Positions 25,156 to 28,302 of a stretch of 28,302 bases of DNA are shown here, piece by piece. The translations under genes were made by a program, and so were the position numbers. Under the pieces are notes generated by a model. That model did not search any database. It was not told the DNA's origin and saw only the letters and a program-made list of their open reading frames with translations. Numbering within the stretch: the first letter of the stretch is position 1; each line of letters opens with the position of its first letter. This stretch comes from a virus. Its lineage: Duplodnaviria > Caudoviricetes. The stretch lies in the IMG/VR virus record IMGVR_UViG_3300032270_001357, positions 1-28,302 of that record. One strand, written 5' to 3'.

Positions 25156-27839
25156 TCTTCTAAAAATATTAAGGGATTATCTGTTTTTCCGTCTTTAACT
25201 GTTTGTTCTATAATACTATATCCTGGAAGGTGCTTAGTATAAATTTTTTCTGCTGTACCTATTCTTAATTTAGCTACATTACACATCCATAAATCAATAG
25301 CATCCCAAGGTGTATTTTCTAATAAATGTTTAATTTTATTAATTTTATTTTGTGTTATTAAATATGATTGAGCAGGGATAAATGGTGTTACATCGGTCCA
25401 AATATCTTCAATTTTAGGACCATTTAAATTTCTATTTTGCCAAGGATTACCAAAACCTATAATATCCATGTCTGTTTGATGAGACAATCGATTAAATCTA
25501 ATTAATGAATCAAATAATTCTACAAAATTACTATCGATTATTGTATCTCCTTCTATTATTACAACATAATCATATTCTGTATTATCTTCAGCACAAATAG
25601 CATTTTTATGAGCTAAATAACATCCATAATGTCCTGGTGCTAATTTATAATAACCTGGTTTATCTTGAACAACATCAGGACGAGCACAAGTATCTATAGG
25701 AGGCATTTCTGTCCATATTTTATTTATACGTTGCTCGTATTTAATATCCATCCACTCACAAAAATTTTTAATATTTTCTACTGAACGAATTTCTTTTGGG
25801 TTAGTTTCTGGTTCCGTAACTAAATGCATTACTTTAACTTTAGGATCATTTAAATAATGTAAATCTCCCTTCCATGTAAATAAACCATTATTTTTTATTT
25901 TATTTTCAAAATAATCTTTATTTAATTCGAATGTATAAGTATTGACAAGGTTATTAGTAACGGAATCATATATTTTAAATGTAACTACAAAATTATCATT
26001 TAAATTATATTTAATCATATCCCAAAATTGGTATTTACCATAAACGAATATATCTCTGTTAATAATTTCTACACCATTTTTTTTAACAGTGTATATAATA
26101 GTTTTACTTTCTTTATTATTTGATATTTGAATCCAAGGGCAAAAATGGTTAGGTAAATTTGTAGGTAAAATAGTATAATATTCTACCATAGAAAAATCTT
26201 CAAAATCAAAACTAGATTCAACGTACTTATCAAAACTTTCAGCTGATTCTAAGAAAACATTTGAATTTTTAAATATATGATAAAAAATATTTTCTAAACC
26301 ATTTGATTCAGCTCCGTATTTAACCATTAAATCATCGTATTGTTTATCGTTTTCTATTAATGGTAAAGTATCTATTAAAAATTTAGGATTAGCACCTAAA
26401 AAGAAAGTATATAAACAAGGACCTTCATGAGCATTATAATTTCCAAAATAAGCATTTTTTAAATTTAAAATATTAGAAATGTTATTAATCAATGTTGTGT
26501 CTTTTAAATGATAATCATAATTAACACAATATATTTTATTAAATCCTAATTTATTTGCTAAAACAGCTCCATTATAATAATTAGTATAAACTGTAGGACC
26601 GTGGTATCTATTATTTCCTTCACCTCTTAAATCAACCCAAGTATCATACAAATCAGTATAACACCAATAATTAGCATAAAATGTATGTTTAGTTAAAATG
26701 TTATTATTATCATAAACACAATAATCAACTTCTTTTTGTAGTTGTTCGGGGATAGGAGCATGAGAGGTTAAAATAACTTTATAACCTTTTTCTTTAATTT
26801 TTTTAATACATTCTAAAGTAGAATTAATAACAACATCAGTTACTGGAAATGTTGAAATAATAAATGCTTCTTTATCTTGTTTTGGAGATAAAGTATCAAT
26901 AATTTTATTTTTGTTATTTTCAAAATTATCAAATTCTAAATAATTTATATTAGAAAATTTATTAAAGTAATTTAAGTATACTGGAAGATTATATATTAAT
27001 GTTGGGATTTGATATGAAATAGCTTCACGAATAACTAAAGGCATTGTTTCTTTATCATTTTCATGACCGCAAGATGTAAATAAAAACAAATCCATTGCTT
27101 GATAGAATTTATCTACATCTGTTCTTTCATTCCACCATGTTAAATTTGAAGGTTGATTTTCTGCTAGTGGTTCCCAGTACCATTTAAAATTATCTGCTCT
27201 ATTACCTAAACTATGAAATTCATATTCAGGTAATGATTTAGCATATTCAAAGAATTCTGATTGGTTTTTTCTTGATGTGTATAAACCAACATGTAAAATA
27301 TGTTTTTTATTAGGGTCTAAACCTAGTGCTTTTAATGCTTCCTCTCTATTAGGACGTTCAACATATTCAATAGGATATTCAACTAATACTTTAGGAATAT
27401 CTAAATCTTTATATTGATTAATTTGCCACTGAGATACAAACATAAATTTATCTGGGAAGAATTTTTTATTATTTGTATCAAAAGAAGAATCATGGGATGT
27501 TTCTACAATTTTATAGTTTCTATCCTGAGTGTAGATTTGTTTTGTTATAGAATCATCCATAAAAAACTCAGGTATTTCCTCTAAATGAATGATATCGGGT
27601 TGGACATCATTAATAATATCGATTAATCGTTGTTTATTATCGTCTAATGTGTAAAATTTTTCAGGATCCACGAGTTGTGTTACCTTATTACGAGTTACAA
27701 CTAATACACCACCAGTGCAATCTACCCATTCTACTAAATAGATATCAAAATCATTTTTTAATAATTCTATTTTTTTAGTTAGGTATTGAGGCAGCCCACC
27801 TGTTGATAAATGAGGGGCAATAAATAACAGTTTTTTCAT
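25152..27839 (-). CDS. Multi-domain glycosyltransferase: N-terminal GT4-like, central unknown domain, C-terminal GT25-like
   Basis: N-terminal PHLSTGGLPQY, VGLYTSRKNQ, MDLFLFTS...ETMPLVIREA; C-terminal GCYLAHK...VIIEGD...SYLIT...AIDLW resembling GT25 (GCxxSH...ILEDD). Confidence 0.82.
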   Translation of the reverse strand: MKKLLFIAPHLSTGGLPQYLTKKIELLKNDFDIYLVEWVDCTGGVLVVTRNKVTQLVDPEKFYTLDDNKQRLIDIINDVQPDIIHLEEIPEFFMDDSITKQIYTQDRNYKIVETSHDSSFDTNNKKFFPDKFMFVSQWQINQYKDLDIPKVLVEYPIEYVERPNREEALKALGLDPNKKHILHVGLYTSRKNQSEFFEYAKSLPEYEFHSLGNRADNFKWYWEPLAENQPSNLTWWNERTDVDKFYQAMDLFLFTSCGHENDKETMPLVIREAISYQIPTLIYNLPVYLNYFNKFSNINYLEFDNFENNKNKIIDTLSPKQDKEAFIISTFPVTDVVINSTLECIKKIKEKGYKVILTSHAPIPEQLQKEVDYCVYDNNNILTKHTFYANYWCYTDLYDTWVDLRGEGNNRYHGPTVYTNYYNGAVLANKLGFNKIYCVNYDYHLKDTTLINNISNILNLKNAYFGNYNAHEGPCLYTFFLGANPKFLIDTLPLIENDKQYDDLMVKYGAESNGLENIFYHIFKNSNVFLESAESFDKYVESSFDFEDFSMVEYYTILPTNLPNHFCPWIQISNNKESKTIIYTVKKNGVEIINRDIFVYGKYQFWDMIKYNLNDNFVVTFKIYDSVTNNLVNTYTFELNKDYFENKIKNNGLFTWKGDLHYLNDPKVKVMHLVTEPETNPKEIRSVENIKNFCEWMDIKYEQRINKIWTEMPPIDTCARPDVVQDKPGYYKLAPGHYGCYLAHKNAICAEDNTEYDYVVIIEGDTIIDSNFVELFDSLIRFNRLSHQTDMDIIGFGNPWQNRNLNGPKIEDIWTDVTPFIPAQSYLITQNKINKIKHLLENTPWDAIDLWMCNVAKLRIGTAEKIYTKHLPGYSIIEQTVKDGKTDNPLIFLEE

Positions 27840-27852
27840 AACAGTGTTACCA

Positions 27853-27884
27853 ATAAATATAATAACAAAGTATTAAATTACCAA
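27853..27884 (-). promoter_or_regulatory. Putative dual promoter: TTGG-N19-TATATT overlapping an ATATTTAT late core
   Basis: Minus strand TTTGG TAATTTAATACTTTGTTAT TATATTTATTG upstream of the glycosyltransferase operon. Confidence 0.6.
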
Positions 27885-27889
27885 ACTTA

Positions 27890-28108
27890 TTAAGGATTTC
27901 CTACTCTATCTTGAAAATATTGTTGTAAAAATGCTTGAGAATAAGAGGTTATTTTTCTTAAATAAGGATATTCATTTGGATTTATTGGATTGCCTCTTTT
28001 CCATCCTGTACCTACCTCAATTGCTTTATCATATATTTCTTGTTCTAAAGTGTCATTAGGAGCATATCCTAAAAACTCATATGTTGATATCCAATCATTT
28101 ATTATCAT
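27890..28108 (-). CDS. Hypothetical protein (72 aa)
   Basis: Tightly packed minus-strand ORF, 2 nt after the upstream stop. Confidence 0.65.
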   Translation of the reverse strand: MIINDWISTYEFLGYAPNDTLEQEIYDKAIEVGTGWKRGNPINPNEYPYLRKITSYSQAFLQQYFQDRVGNP

Positions 28109-28110
28109 AA

Positions 28111-28302
28111 TTAAAAAACGGTTACATCAAAATATAAACCTTCAAATCCACCAAATGATGCTACATCTTCGGTACCATATGTAATAGAATCAAACGTAGA
28201 ACCTCCAGGTCCAGGAGGTATACCACCTCCTGTTACTTTAGCACTTCCATTTATACTAATATTACAACTTCCTCCTGCAAACATTGGAGAAGCCCCAGCA
28301 AC
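28111..28302 (-). CDS. C-terminal 63 aa of a Gly-rich, probably structural protein; truncated by window edge
   Basis: Hand translation: VAGASPMFAGGSCNISINGSAKVTGGGIPPGPGGSTFDSITYGTEDVASFGGFEGLYFDVTVF-stop (TAA at 28111-28113). Confidence 0.65.
   Translation of the reverse strand, partial: VAGASPMFAGGSCNISINGSAKVTGGGIPPGPGGSTFDSITYGTEDVASFGGFEGLYFDVTVF

Noticed and set aside
22374-27839. Glycosyltransferases as DNA-hypermodification enzymes
   Set aside because: Ranked lower, not excluded: no hydroxymethylase or similar base-modifying gene in the window, the context is structural, and the TibC-like family acts on proteins.
27990-28184. Plus-strand 64-aa ORF
   Set aside because: Antisense to two tightly packed minus-strand genes.
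1-28302. Stop-codon reassignment (the gene ends I checked use TAA or TGA, none TAG)
   Set aside because: All genes are intact and densely packed under the standard code, so there is no sign of TAG read-through; TAG rarity is expected in AT-rich genomes.
1-28302. tRNA, rRNA, introns, inteins, IS elements or homing endonucleases
   Set aside because: Intergenic gaps are about 100 bp or less and occupied by promoters and hairpins; no cloverleaf, transposase or endonuclease motifs seen by eye.

Overview
AT-rich segment of a large tailed dsDNA phage with a contractile tail (T4-like module layout). Promoter shape and the lack of Shine-Dalgarno sequences point to a Bacteroidota host (inference). All credible genes are on the minus strand. 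In transcription order (right to left) there are three modules. (1) A translationally coupled surface-glycosylation cluster: a three-domain glycosyltransferase, a GT4, an FkbM methyltransferase and an Aah/TibC-like protein O-heptosyltransferase, followed by a Ser-rich hexad-repeat fibre-like protein. (2) A tail module: sheath, tube, gp26/gp51-like chaperone pair, tape measure, repeat protein, tube initiator, LysM wedge protein and a hub with a C-terminal amidase. (3) A replication module: compact divergent family A polymerase, gp32-like SSB, RecA/UvsX, 5'-3' exonuclease, DnaB/gp41 helicase and a class II ribonucleotide reductase cut by the window edge. The best candidate for an undescribed system is phage-encoded O-glycosylation of the virion, with [ST]-[GA]-S motifs concentrated in the variable part of the sheath and in the fibre-like protein. 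Other highlights are a probable +1/-2 frameshift in the tail chaperone, a mini-PolA with an altered steric gate in a CpG-rich gene, and two promoter classes. All functional calls come from motif recognition by eye; no database search was run.
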